Part shown: positions 41,374 to 55,056 of the stretch, one piece after another
Numbering within the stretch: position 1 is the stretch's first letter
Layout of the letters: each line of letters opens with the position of its first letter
Source: Penicillus capitatus
Lineage: Eukaryota > Plantae > Chlorophyta
DNA: 64,000 bases
Assembly: GCA_965649825.1 (NCBI GenBank)
Contig: OZ287702.1
Coordinates: 734,786 to 798,785, forward strand
Direction of reading: 5' to 3'
Notes under the pieces: generated by a model
The model's input: the letters and a program-made list of their open reading frames with translations, nothing else
What the model was told of the DNA's origin: nothing
The model's database searches: none
Position numbers and translations under genes: made by a program

Positions 41374-43813
41374 TCATTTCTTCATCCGACCATCCGGAAT
41401 GTTAAACAGCACCATGGCAGTGCCAAATTTCCAAAACGGACGATCCACAATGAAGTATCCTTTTCTCTCCAGTTGAATAATGTCTCCTTTGCTCAGCACG
41501 CGCATGTTCCGATCGCCCATGGCCTCGACGATCTGCATTGTATCTGGATTGACAAATTTCTCGAAATCGTCCTCTTCATCGAGGCGCTTCTTGGTGATGA
41601 GATGATCAAAGTAGGTGAGTGCGAGAGGGATCAATTCATCGGCGGCGGGGAGCCACGTCCACTTCCATTTGGTTTTCTTGAAATCCCCTTCGAGATGCAG
41701 TCGACCTGTCATCGTCTTCTCGCCTTTCTCTTCGATAATACAGTTTCCCCAGTCCATGAGAGTGATCTCCTCTCCTGGCGAGACAGCATTGGCATCGGCA
41801 CCATCGATCCAGAGCTTCGCCTGTCGCATCAGAATCTTCTTTCCTGCAGGAGGATGCTTCTTGTGCCTAGAAAGAGTCGAGCCCCTTCCAACAGGCGCTT
41901 TTCTATGCAAAGGTACCGTGGGACGGTGAGATACTCTGCGCCCTCAGGGGCATCCACAGTAAGTCGGATCTTGTCTTTGTTCTCGATAGCTGTGTGGCGC
42001 GGAACGACGGGATCAATCACTTTCTTGTTGATCGTCCAGATCTTGTCCCACTCTTGGAAGGTGATATTTTTGGAGGCGCCCTGGGAGAGAATGTAGTCTT
42101 TCAGTGCTTCTAGTGTCAAACCTCGGCGCAGCATTCCTTGGACAGTAGGAAAGCGTGGGTCATTCCATCCTTCCACACGGCCAGTGTCCACAAACCACTG
42201 GAGCTTTCTCTTGGAAAGGACAGTGTAGATCAGATTCAGTCTAGAGATGACATAAAGGATTTCAGGAAAGGGGTGTCGATGAAATACAGACCTGGAGAAC
42301 TCCATGACTTCGACGCTGGGCAGCTGCCCATCCACTGACTGTAGTTCCTGCAAAATCCATTTGTACTGCGCCTCTCTGTTGGATAGCCGACCCTTAGACA
42401 CGAGCATCGGTGAAAGAGATCACCTACCTGTCTTTATACTCGCTGCTTCTCAGTGCGTGGGTGACGCCTTCGAGTGCATCGACAAATGGACAGGCAAAGT
42501 CATACGTCGGATAGACCTAGACACGCGTCACGAAATTGCACTTCTTGATCCGAAGCACCTTGTATCTCGATCCTGTCTTCCAATGAGAGGTGCTGTTGCA
42601 ACGATAGATGACAGGATCCCTCAATGCCTTGTTTGCTGCCTACAGCATTTGCTGCCACATCAGCATGACGTCAGCAGCTTCGCATCACCTTCATATCCAG
42701 TTTGATTCTGAGACAGTAAGCTTCGGATCCAGCAGTGCCCTGTTGCATGTTCTCCCATGCTTTCATTGTCTCTTCGATGCTCTTGGAGCGACATTTGGAT
42801 TCGATACCGTCCATACGTTCCTGCCGCATCGTTTCCACAGGGGTATCATCGGCATAGACCTTTCCAGCTTGGATCAAGAGAGTACAGATCTGGATCATTT
42901 TGTCAAAGTAATCAGACGTGTATGTCAGTCGGTCGCCTTTGATCCCTAGATCCTCCAGATCCTTCAGAATATTGTCCGCAAATTCGTCTTTCTCTTTGGC
43001 TGGATTGGTATCGTCAAAGCGGATCACGAGCTTGCCTTCGTACATCTTGGCCACATGATAGTTCAGTAAAGCAGCTTTGGCGTGGCCGATGTGCAGATAA
43101 CCAGATGGCTCCGGAGGAAACCGCGTAACAACTTTGCCTTTCTCCGCGTTCGGCAAATCGATCTTGTAGCTATTGGAAGAGTTTTCACTCTTTGAATCTC
43201 CCTTCTTCTCTGCTCCCTTCTTCACACTCCACTCTGTTACGATGCTCTGGACATGAGTGAGCTCAGACACGAAATTAAACCAGCGCTGCACATGGACATA
43301 GGATGCCAAATCCATCTGCAATGCTACACCCACAACCACACAACCTATTAAACAACAATGGTCGTGTCTAGTCTATGTTTTACTCTTGATGTGACTCCAG
43401 AGTCTTAGATCGGCGATTGTGAGGGATGAACCGACCAGGAATGTACGCAGTGAGAGATAGCTATTCAGTCGGGCGAAAATCTCTTCCAAGTCGTACTCTT
43501 TTGTAAAGTATGCGGAATAATCTGTCCATTGATCGACACGTGCTGCATTGAGAGGATCTTCACGAGGCACCAACTCTGGTCCCTCGCCTATGGATGCCAC
43601 ATACTTTAGTAGGACATCTCCCTGGAGAACATCTCTGTGCAAAAGACTGTCAAGAACGACTCCTCTCTTGAGGCATCACCCTGAAGGGAGAGCGAGGCGT
43701 GGAGCTTGTTCTTTTTCGGATGCTGCGATGTCGAAGGTGATGCCACGGTAACGCGCCGCAATTAAGACGCCAAGTGGCGGCCGCTTCTTCCAGAAGCTCA
43801 ATACCAAGGCCAT
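41374..43813 (-). CDS. Cytosolic glutamyl-tRNA synthetase with GST-like N-terminal domain; multi-exon
   Basis: [20 protein letters not shown] (HIGH), RFDDTNP, VLSKRKL (KMSKS-like), [11 protein letters not shown] and [10 protein letters not shown]. Confidence 0.95.
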
Positions 43814-44002
43814 GATTGCATTACGCTCATGACGACTCCGCCACATCATGCATCTCATTCGAAAGCTACTGGACGCCACGAAGCGACCTCCCCTCGACGA
43901 AGCGCATGAGACATCGCCAAACGACATGACACTCGCCCAGGCACTCATATCTAGACAATCGCATGTCTACTCTGAGCGATCTGTGCCATACAGCAGACTG
44001 TC

Positions 44003-44853
44003 ATGTCTCCCAAAGTGCATCCCCTGAAGCCGGAGGGAGCATTGGGCGTACTTCCGTCTGCTCCTATCCTGGATGCCCATGTCGACGTGTCTCTGCCCGT
44101 GTCATGTGGGATCGACGAGAATTTAACCAAGCAGCAGCGAAGACTGGAGCTATGGGAACAGGAACTTCAGAGAAGAGAAAGCGCGCTCGTTCTGAGACGT
44201 CTGTGGACAGAAGATAAGAAAAACTGGCCATGGGGATGTCCTCTCATCCATCATGACATCGCCACCGTCATTCCAATCCATCAACAGCCACGTATCCGTT
44301 CTGCCTATTACATGTGGAAGACAGCCGTCGCTGGATTCCTTCTCAACTGGCTCATCATTACGATGCTGTTCTCATATACCCTTGTCATGCAGCTGTGGGA
44401 GGCGGCTTTGTTTTAGGTGGTTTCTGCAATTGGCGTCGTTTCTAGACTGGTGTCTCTGCTCCTTTGCCAGCGGGACTGGGATTCCGCTGTCTTTTCTGCT
44501 TTACTACTATCCGCTTTACCAAGCGGCAGAGAGAAGCCAGTCCTTCGGCGATGGCATTTGGCATTTCCACATCTGCTGTGCCATACTTTGGTCACTCGTC
44601 ACTCTTTCTGGCCTGCCCGTCGTCGGTATTGCCTCCCCCTCCTCCACGCATGCCCCATCTTGCAGCATTAGGTCACATCTCTGCCGGAATCTGGAGTGTA
44701 CGGTATCTCTTGCATCACGGATACGATCTTCTGGCGCTGGCTTCCTTTGCCAACACGCTCCTCTGGCTCACTCTTTTCGTCCAGCAGTCACACATTTGGT
44801 GGGATGTCTGGCGTCATCCGTCACATCCAGCTTCTCTTCCCTGTACTGGATGA
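44003..44853 (+). CDS. Secretory carrier membrane protein (SCAMP family); spliced
   Basis: Coiled ELWEQELQRRE, NWP...IHHDIA, and four TM helices including GIPLSFLLYYYPLYQA. Confidence 0.8.
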
Positions 44854-45065
44854 CTTAGACGTCGTCATCATCTTCTGTCTTGTCGACCACCATTACGTCG
44901 GATACAATTGCCGTTTCGTTGCATCCGGTTCCCTCGTTCCAGCGTCTCTTGCTCATCTCCTGGTTCGTCTCACCATTGCCGTCTTTCTCACTGTCTCTAA
45001 GCAGCCTGAGTGGTTAGAGTGCTTCTTCGCGTGCTTGTGTGCGTTTCAGCTAAGACGAAAAGACG

Positions 45066-48000
45066 ATGTCGGCAACGGCCCCCATCACCGTAAAGGAAGT
45101 TCTGCAGGTGCGAGACCATGCGTTTTCGCCTCAGCGTCGTTGTCTGTTGACGCCGTCGTTGCCTCGGCCTTCCAGTGAACACACGACACGAGTGTCTGTG
45201 TTGTAGTTGACGAATATGCAAGTGCAGATGCAGCACATCTCGTTTAACAATACCACAATGGAGTCCGAAAAATTCATCTGTGTTCGTGAGACGGGTGCGT
45301 CGAATCAGTTGCTCGTCGTCGAAGTCGGCAGCTCGACGCCTCCTGCTCGCCGTCCCATCACGGCGGATTCAGCAATCATGAATCCTGATAGAAAGATCAT
45401 TGCTTTGAAAGCGGCTCAATCGACGGGGGGTGGCAACAGTCTCCAAGTGTTCGATCTGGATAACAAGGCAAAACTCAAAGCCTTTGCTATGAGTGAGAAT
45501 GTCGTTTTCTGGAGATGGATTTCTCCGACCAAAATCGGCATGGTGACGCCGGTAGCTGTCTACCACTGGGATATCGAAGTACGCTTTGTAAAGAGTGAGA
45601 AGAGCTGCTCATGTGTGATGTGACGTGGAGGGATCGAGCGATCCGACTAAGGTTTTTGATAGAGCGCAGAATCTAGCAAACACACAGATCATTAACTACA
45701 AAGTAGATTCGGCAGGCAAATGGTGTGTGTTGATTGGCATCGGACCTGGAACGGCTGACAAGTGCGTGAAAGAGCAAACGTAGACAGAGATGGCTAACGA
45801 AGTGATTTTAGGCCTAATCTAGTGAAGGGATATATGCAACTGTACTCGGTGGATCAGTCCAGAAGTCAAGCCCTGGAAGCCCACGCAGCAGATTTCTCTA
45901 ACATCAAAGTGATCAGATCAATGAATGATGTGACGTTTCAGTGAGAGAGGTGTGGTGCAGTTTCCCGGAAAAGATGCAGCGAGCACGGTGATCTCATTCG
46001 CACAGAAGACCGTAAAGGACGGCCAACTTCTTTCCAAACTCCACGTGATTGAGCTTGGAAGCTCTGGAGGTAAACAGGGCCTCTAAGGCAGGTAGGTGGT
46101 ATGACTGAAATGTCCTTTGTTTCCTTGCAGCACCGACGAAGAAGCAAGCCGAACTGTTTTTTCCTCAGGAGTTTGCCGACGACTTTCCAGTGTCCATGCA
46201 GATCAGTGAGAAGTATGGATTGATCTACGTAGTGACCAAACTCGGAATGCTTTTCGTCTACGATCTCGAAACAGCCACTGCCGTTTATCGCAATCGCATT
46301 AGTCCAGATCCCATTTTCTTGACAACGAACTCTCCGTCCACGGGCGGGTTCATGGCAATCAATCGCCGAGGTCAAGTGCTCCATGCCAATGTCAATGAAG
46401 CATCGATCGTGGGATTCGTCAGCCAGCAGTTGAACAATCTTCCTCTGGCATTGGCCCTGGCCAAGAGAGGCAACTTGCCTGGGGCTGAGAATCTCATCGG
46501 ACAGCAGTTTGAGCAGCTTCTCAAAAATTCGCAGTTCAAAGAGGCGGCAGAATGTGCGGCAGAATCGCCACAGGGTCTGCTGCGTAATGCCGATACCATG
46601 GAGAAGCTCAAGAGTGCTCCTGTTCAGCCTGGCCAGAAATCGCCTCTCCTTGTCTATTTTGGAAATCTCTTGGGACGCGGAAAACTGAATGCCATCGAAA
46701 GTGTGGAACTGGCAAAGATAGTACTGGGCCAGAATAAGAAGGAACTGTTGACCAATTGGTGGAACGATGGGAAACTGGAACCCAGCGAAGAATTGGGCGA
46801 TCTTGTGAAGAACGCAGGAGAGAACGACATCGCACTGAAGATTTTTGAGAGTTCCGGTTCTTCTGCAAAGGTCGTTGTGGCCTTGGCCGAGAAAGGAGAT
46901 TTCCAGCAGCTGATGAGCTACGCCGGCGCTTCCGGACAGACACCCGATTTCATGTTCTTGCTGCAGAGCATGATGATGAACAACCCACAAGGAGCCGTGG
47001 CTTTGGCCAAAATGATCTCCAACCAACCGAATCCGCCCATCGAGATCAACACCATCACAGATCTCTTCCTCCAACGAAACATGGTATGGGAGGACACAGG
47101 CTCCGTGTGAGAAGAGATGGATGGGGTGTGTGGTTTAGGTACGGGAGACGACAGCATATCTGTTGGAAGTGCTGAAAGATGACAAGCCTGAGCACGCTGC
47201 ATTGCAGACAAAGGTGCTGGAGATCAATCTGATTACCAATCCCAATGTCGCAGACGCGATTCTCGGAAACGGATCGCTGTCGCAGTACGATCGGCCAAGA
47301 ATTGCACAGCTCTGTGAAAAAGCAGGCCTCTATATGCGAGCACTCCAGCATTACACGGAGCTGCCTGATATCAAGAGAGTCATTGTCAACACCCACGCCA
47401 TTGATCCAACAGCACTGACACAGTACTTTGGCACCCTGTCTGCCGACTGGGCCATCGATTGTCTCAAAGAGATGCTCACAACGAATCCGCAGCAGAACCT
47501 ACAGCTCGTTGTCAATGTAAGCAATCCTCCTTTGTGGGCCATACCATTGAGAATGCATCAACAGATTGCAAAGGAGTATACAGATCAGCTCACCGCAGCA
47601 GCCATCATCGCTATGCTTGAATCATTCAACAGCTACCATGGACTGTTTTACTATCTAGGATCCTTGATCGCCTTCTCCGAAGATCCCGATGTGCATTACA
47701 AGTACATCGAAGCCGCCGCCAAGATCGGCCAACTGAAAGAAGTCGAACGTGTGACGCGTGAGAGCAGTGTCTATCCTCCAGAGAGAGTCAAAAGCTTTCT
47801 GATCGAAGCCAAGCTTCCCGACTCCCGTCCCCTCATCAATGTGTGTGACCGTTTTGATATGGTCGAAGATCTCACACATTACCTCTATGACAACAATATG
47901 CTGAAGTACATTGAGGGATACGTTCAGAAAGTGAATCCAGGAAAGGGTCCCCAGGTGGTCGGTGCCCTCGTCGATGCAGAAGCACCAGACGACTTCGTTA

Positions 48001-50711
48001 CCAACCTGATCATCTCGGTCCGTGCACTGGTCCCGATCGAAAAACTCGTCGAAGAGATCGAATCGCGCAATCGTTTGAAAATCCTCTCTCCTGTTCTGGA
48101 GTTGCTGATCAGCGAAGGCAGCACAGATGTGCAGGTGCACAGCGCTTTGGGAAAGATCATCGTCGATTCCAACAACAATCCAGAGCATTTCTTGACGACC
48201 AATCCCTACTACGACTCCCTCATTGTGGGAAAGTACTGTGAGAAGAGAGATCCCAATCTGGCTTTCATTGCTTACAAGCGTGGTCTCTGTGATGATGCCC
48301 TCGTCGAATGCACCACAAAGAACTCGCTCTTCAAACTCCAAGCCAGATATATCGTCGAGAGACAAGACAATGATCTGTGGCAGAAAGTGCTCGATCCTGA
48401 GAGAACGCACCGAAAACAGCTTATCGATCAAGTCGTTTCGACAGCGCTGCCGGAATCGACGAATCCTGAACAAGTGTCGACGACTGTGCGTGCTTTCATG
48501 GCTGCGGATTTGCAAGGAGAGCTCATCGAGCTGCTGGAGAAGATCGTTCTGCAGAATTCTGCATTCTCGAACAATTCGAATCTGCAGAACCTCTTGATCA
48601 TCACTGCCATCAAAGCAGACAAAACACGTGTCAAAGACTACATTCATCGACTGGACAATTTTGATGGGACAGCTGTGGCCGAAATTGCCATCACTTACGA
48701 ACTGTATGACGAAGCTTTCGAGATCTATCAGAAATTCGAGCTGAGAGTCGAGGCCATTAAAGTCCTGTTGGAGCATTGCGACGATCTGCACCGTGCATTG
48801 GACTTTGCCACAAAAGTGGATGAGCCATTCGTCTGGTCTGAGCTCGGGCACTCTCAATTGGATCACTCCATGGTCGCTGACGCCATCGTCTCCTACCTCA
48901 GGGCTGAAGACCCCTCCAAGTATACACAAGTCATCGATCAGACAAAAGAAGCCGGATGCTTTGAAGATCTGGTGAAGTACTTGGTCATGGCCAGAAAGAC
49001 AGTAAAGGATGCCGTGGTGGATACAGAGCTCGTGTATGCCTACGCCAGGATTGATCAGCTGGGTCCATTGGAGGCCTTTATCGCCGGTTCTCATCAAGCC
49101 AATCTGCAGTCGTGTGGTGATCGCTGTTTCAAGGAGGCGCTGTACGAAGCCGCCAAGATTCTGTATCAGAAGATTCCGAATTGGGGGCGTTTGGCATCGA
49201 CCTACGTACGTCTGCATCGTTTCCAAGATGCCGTAGACGCCGCAAAGAAGGCCAACTCTGCCAAGACCTGGAAAGAAATCTGCTATGCCTGTGCAGAAGA
49301 GTCTGAATTCCGTCTGGCTCAGCTCTGTGGACTGCATATCATTGTCAATGCTGATGATCTCGAAGAGGTGTCCGAATTCTATCAGAGGCATGGATTCTTT
49401 GATGAGCTCATCTCTTTGATGGAGAGCGGTATCGGTTTAGAACGGGCACATATGGGTATCTTTACGGAATTGGGTGTCCTCTATGCCAAGTACCGCCCGG
49501 CGAAGCTTATGGAACATCTGAAACTCTTCTCCACGAAGCTGAACATTCCAAAACTCATTCACATAACGGAAGATCAACAGCATTGGAAGGAATTGACGTT
49601 TCTCTACGTTCAGTATGATGAACATGACAATGCTGCCATGGTTATGATGAATCACTCGCCCGATTCGTGGGATCATGTCGGATTCAAAGATGTGGCTGTG
49701 AAAGTGTCAAATGTCGAAGTCTTTTACCGAGCTGTCGGATTCTATCTCCAGGAGCAGCCGAGTCTGGTGACAGATCTGCTCAAAGTACTAGAATCCAGAA
49801 TCGACCACGTTCGGGTGGTGGGCATCCTGAGACGTGCCAATGCCATTCCTCTGTGCAAGGAATACCTGTTGGCTGTGCAGAAAGCCAATTTAAAAGATGT
49901 CAATGAAGCAGTCAATGATCTGATGATCGAGGAAGAAAACTATACAGATCTGAAGAGCAGTATCGAAACGTATGATAATTTTGACAAACTGGCATTGGCA
50001 AGTCGATTGGAGTCGCATGAACTGTTGGAGTTCCGAAGAGTGGCAGCCTATCTGTACAAGAAGAATCTCAAATGGCGAAAGGCCGTGGAACTGGCAAAGC
50101 AGGATAAACTTTACAAAGACGCCATGGAGACGGCGGCGCAATCGACCGATTCTGAACTGGCTGAGCAGCTTCTGAGGTTTTTCGTGGCAGAAGGCGAAAA
50201 ACAATGCTTCTCTGCTATGCTCTATACCTGCTACGATCTGATCAAACCGGATGTCGCTATGGAACTCGCATGGATGAATGGACTCACTCAACTTGCCATG
50301 CCCTTCATGATTCAGGTACTCTACGAATGACAAGAAGCAGCCCATAGAGTGAATATACGTTATTCATTGTCTAGACCATGAGGGAACAGACATCGAAGAT
50401 TGACATGCTCATTACGGAGAGGAAAGAAGCGAAGGAGGCATCGAGACTGGCTGCCGAAAGCCAGACAGAACAGGAAGCAGCACGAAATGCTTATCAGACA
50501 CTGATGCCCTTGGCCCTTCCCCCTGCTCAGATGCAGTACCAACATCAAGGTTCGCTTTTCGAGACGGTGTTGGATGTTCTCTATGTTTGGTGATCTAGGT
50601 GCGCCGCCAATGCCTCCTCAGTTCGATCCTCAGTCTGCAGCAGCAGCAGCACAAGGTGGAGCGGTGCCCCCTCAGCCACAGCAGATGTATGGCGCCGCCA
50701 ATCCGTTCTGA
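45066..50711 (+). CDS. CHC: Clathrin heavy chain; multi-exon
   Basis: [76 protein letters not shown] and MPFMIQ. One exon gives a ~1050-aa ORF. Confidence 0.98.
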
Positions 50712-51061
50712 TGCACTGCATTCATCACTCTGTTCTGTATGGGTCGTTTGATCATTGATTTGTGCTGAAAGGAGAGAGACCTGATGCTTTACATGATAGG
50801 ATTCTGTGACACATGGAACGCTGAAATCGTCATCTTCGCTGTTGTCGCGATGTGTCACGTCATTCGCTGCGTTGCGCTTTGAAATCCGTCGCCTATGCTT
50901 GACGACGCAGCCTTGGGGTGCGTTGCTAATCTCATTGGCTTTTTGGTTATGACCCTCGTCATTGTCTACCATCTCATCGCAGCAGACGACAACGGAACGC
51001 AGCCTCGTCGACACTGAGCAGGTGCGTGCACTTGACAATAGCCGCCCATATACATGGCTGA

Positions 51062-51445
51062 ATGGCACGACAGAGAAATCTCACACCTGAATCTCAGATG
51101 CCCTCACACGGACGTTTGAAGCTCAAGGGTGGACTCACTATCAAGGGTGGGAAGATAAAGAAGGCCAAGAAACGGCGGAAGAATACGACAGATCTTGTAG
51201 AAGTGCCATCAGGGGAACAGCAAGTGACGGAGACATCTGAGGGATATGTTCTGCCGCCTCCGGCTGAAGAAGAAGACAGAAGAACGCCTGCCGAGAAGCG
51301 ATACGAAGAGAGAGTGATCCAGAGAGAGGTCGAGAAAGCAAAGACACAGGTGCTGAAATCGCACAGGGAGAAAGTGAGAGATTTCAATGAGTATTTGGCG
51401 CATCTGACCGAACACCATGACATCCCGAAAGTGGGACCCGGGTGA
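51062..51445 (+). CDS. FAM32A-like protein (DUF1754)
   Basis: GRLKLKGG, TPAEKRY, KSHREKVRDFNEYLAHLTEHHDIPKVGPG. The start may be 51098. Confidence 0.9.
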   Translation: MARQRNLTPESQMPSHGRLKLKGGLTIKGGKIKKAKKRRKNTTDLVEVPSGEQQVTETSEGYVLPPPAEEEDRRTPAEKRYEERVIQREVEKAKTQVLKSHREKVRDFNEYLAHLTEHHDIPKVGPG

Positions 51446-51461
51446 AGCTGAAGTATGACTA

Positions 51462-51749
51462 CTGTCCATGATGCGACGTGATGTGACGTGCGCAATGGAG
51501 AGAGACAGCAAGTACTGTCCATGTTGGCGTCTGTTAAAACAGTCATTGGTTTCTGTGAACGTCACGTCAGCAAGTAGCACATGGAGATCAAATGTAACGT
51601 GAAGGTGGCGAGAATCGACAAGGCCTCTGTCTGTTTGCACTTCGAAATACCGGGAACAGCGCCGAAGGCTCTTTGGAGAAGATTTGGTTATGGAAAAGAG
51701 CGATTTAGCAAAGAGGGACTGCTGTCCATGACGCGACGTGATGTGACGT
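51462..51749. repeat. 28-bp direct repeat pair (51462-51489 and 51722-51749) rich in ACGT/TGACGT cores
   Basis: CTGTCCATGA(T/C)GCGACGTGATGTGACGT, 27/28 identical, 260 bp apart. Confidence 0.8.
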
Positions 51750-51829
51750 TGCGTGCGGTGTGACGCGACGTGCTTTGCGGATATCATCATCTATGCAACA
51801 GCCGTTGTTCGGTTCGCGATCTCGTCACA

Positions 51830-54015
51830 ATGCCTCTCGCATGCTTGGATGGCTCTAAGCGTTCAGATGGATGTTTTGGAGCACTGTTTGGCTTTTTCCA
51901 TTCTTTCTGCACGTTTTCCACGGGGAAGTCGGTGGTCATCAAAGATTGGCGCCTGGTAAACCGCACTTACCGTAGTCACGATGACCTTGTCTTCGTAGGG
52001 GACCATCTTCCGATTGCTGCAATTGGCGATATTCTTCTATATCCTATTTAATGTTGTCAACGAAGGCTCCTATATGATTCAAGAAGTGCACACCCATAGC
52101 CGTTTTAACCGCCATGTGAACCGTCATGGTATTAGGTGCCAAAGGGAGTCGTCAGTCCAGTGATAGAGGTGTCGAGAAGAGAGAGACGAGCGAATCTCAA
52201 AACACAACTCGACGTACCAATCCACCCCTCATCAAACAGAACATCCAAAACTCTTTCTTTTGCAGCAATATGACAACAATACATTGCCCTACTGCAAGAC
52301 GAAAGGGGTAGCCTATGAGTACGATTACAGAGATGTGCACTACGGGAAATTCCAGTACGCTTCGCCTGAGGGAATGGAGTCAAAATGATTGATCGTGTCA
52401 TGTGGTTTAGATGTATCGTCATGGATGTATTGGAACATCCGCAGCAAGGCGAAACAAAGTTTTTTCTTACGACGTACATGCGCATCGACAAGCTCTACTT
52501 CGTCGATGTGCCGAAGTCATTGGATTCGTGTCCAGATGCGGCAGGTGTGGATGAGATCAGAGATGATGCCAGGAAGATCGGTGTCAACCTTGTCGGCGTC
52601 TGTCTTTTCAACACGGTCGATCAGTACTTTGCTATCAACCCTGAAGACATTCCACTTGTGAGCAAACGGACCGGATATGTTGTGGTGGAACGTGGGAGTA
52701 CGCTGTGTCGTATTTTAGGCCTTCCAGCACTCCTATTACACATCGGTAGTCGACAAAACTGGTGTACTGCCTTTAACAGTTATCAAGGCAAAGGACTTTG
52801 ATGGTGGAAAAGTGTGGGCGTTTGAGGATGAGCCTGCACGCCTGACAATGGCTAGATTGTTGAAGCTCAGTGGAGTGGATTTAGATAAGCGCCTGGATGA
52901 ACAGCCCAATAGCCAAGGATTGGAACCCTCAGCTCGAGACAACGACACAGTTGTCTATCCTTACGCCCGTCTCTCGGGAGTGACGTTGCTGATGGAGTTC
53001 AAGTACTACACCCGGGCGTTAGCACCGGAGCCCTACAACAGGGCGAGTGGCCGAAAATCAAAAGACACCATCTGCGTTGTGGAAGTGTCCCCGCAGTTCT
53101 CGTGGTCATCTGAAGGATCGGACATGCATCGGCTGATGAACGACGGAGACGATCCGTTTTTCGTTGATCCCGAACGCAAGCGTCGAAGAGATGGCAAGAA
53201 TGTGCTTGAGGGAATCCAAGTGGACTTCCAAAGAAATGGCATTGAGCTCAGATTCCAGATCGCAGGTTCGACCGATCGAAACACGGGTGTCTGCAAGAGT
53301 GAATGAGTGTCTCAGGAAACATGGGGCATTTTGATTTCTTTTCTCTTGTGGATGCACTGGTGGCAGGTGCTGTGCTGTTGGGTATAGCCCAACTCGTTGT
53401 CTCATACATTGCCGTTCATGCACTGGGCCTGACATCTGTGCTATATGCCGAACACATGGAGGAGTCTGTCAACTGGAGAATGGACTATGCCCGATTTGCA
53501 GTCCAGTCTCTCGTTGCTGGAATGGCGTTCAGGAGGTACGACGAAGACGGATCGGGAACTCTGAATCGCCAAGAAATCTACAAGCACTTGACCACTATTT
53601 TTCAAGGCGAAAGAGAGAATGGTCAGATTTTGAGTCTGGACGAGGTAGCATGCCTGTCCGACTTCTTTCTACGCCACAGACAGTTGACAGAAGGCGAAAG
53701 CGAGCTCGAAGAACAATCAGAAGGCGTAAGTAAATTACCTATTCTGTATCTCGCTATCGCATCTCTATGTCGCAGTCGTCTGGTAATGTGGAGATTACAA
53801 CAGTTAACATGGCTGACTGGATCGATACCTTTACAGAAGAGAAGGTGCAGATCAGTTCCCTGACGCGTTTGGTCAAGAGTGAATACAATGATCCGAAGAC
53901 CATCGAAATCCTTCTCGCCCTCGCCCAGGTACCTCGTGTCAAACATCGTGGGAGAACTGTGAGATGTGTACCTGAAGGGACGGGCGCTTCGCACTGGACC
54001 TCAAGTAGCGATTGA
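51830..54015 (+). CDS. P2X purinoceptor-family cation channel with C-terminal EF-hand; multi-exon
   Basis: N-terminal FSTGKSVVIKDWRLG (YxTxK-type motif), TM1 IFRLLQLAIFFYILF, ectodomain TLPYC, LLKLSGVDLD and RLSGVTLLMEFKY, pre-TM2 RNGIELRFQIAG..GHFD, TM2 SLVDALVAGAVLLGIAQLVV, then DEDGSGTLNRQE. The 3' end is approximate. Confidence 0.8.
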
Positions 54016-55056
54016 GCAGCTTTCAAAATCACAAGGGAGTGATGCAGCATTCGACGAATAGACGATCTAATGTAGAGCCAGCCAGCCCGCAAAAAAAAAA
54101 AAAATAAACCTCATCTAATCTGAAGGACCCGTTCCTCTGGAGTTCTAAACTTGCTGTTTAGACGATGATTTGAGTGGTCTATTTCTATGTTTGTGTTTCC
54201 TTAGTTTCATCAGTGATTTGTGATTTCTGCTGCAAACGTCGTTTAATAGATAAGAATGAAGGAAGAGTGGGCTTTGTTCAAATAAACCAGTAGCAGAGTG
54301 CTGCTTCTCTTGAGCACTGCTGTGGCAATGGTGCTGACAAGGGTCAAGATTACGTATCAATCTGGAATCTACACTCCTGTTTCAATGGAGGAGATAGCGA
54401 TTCTTGTTCAATAAATACACTTGTTTGCTCTTCTGTTTTTCTTCTGGCTTCGTGTTCTGTCGTTCCTCGACATAAAACTTCATCTACATTCAAAACTCCT
54501 CAGAGTTTTTTTGTCACAAAGATATCGATGCCGTGCTGGTTGTTGCCGATTCGTGTGTTCTGTCTGGATAGAGTCATATTGCTGTTGTTTTTGTCATTGA
54601 GGAAGTTAGAGAATGCAACGAACAGTCGGATGACACACAGTTCACGTCATCCGGCCTCGTCTATGCATCGCTGTTTTGACGACTGTCGAAGATGGTTCTC
54701 ACCTGTGCAAGACTGCAGAGCTGTTCTGCTGGTTAAGAGATGTCTCAGAGAGCCTTTAGTTGTCGTTGGTATATTGACATCTGCACTTGTGTCGGACTTG
54801 CTGCACTTGCACATTCATTGGTATCGGCCTGAACAGATTCCCATCCATTAAGAAGAATCTTCCAATTGTTCCATCTGTCCGATTTCAAAATCGCCGTAGC
54901 TGTTATCTGCGGTTGTTTATCACTGCATCCCGTTCGTAAACCCCTTTCGACGCATTCGACGTTCTAAAGCTTAAACCTATTTCGAAAAACTCGCCTTCAA
55001 ACTGCCGTTCGCAGAACGACTCCTGGAGCAACGACGAACTGCTGGACTGCAGAGAA

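Noticed and set aside
51790-52010. Minus-strand ORF MVPYEDKVIVTT...
   Set aside because: It is antisense to the first exon and intron of the P2X gene.
54091-54104. A14 tract as the tail of a LINE/SINE insertion
   Set aside because: No target-site duplication or retroelement body was found. It is recorded only as part of the boundary region.
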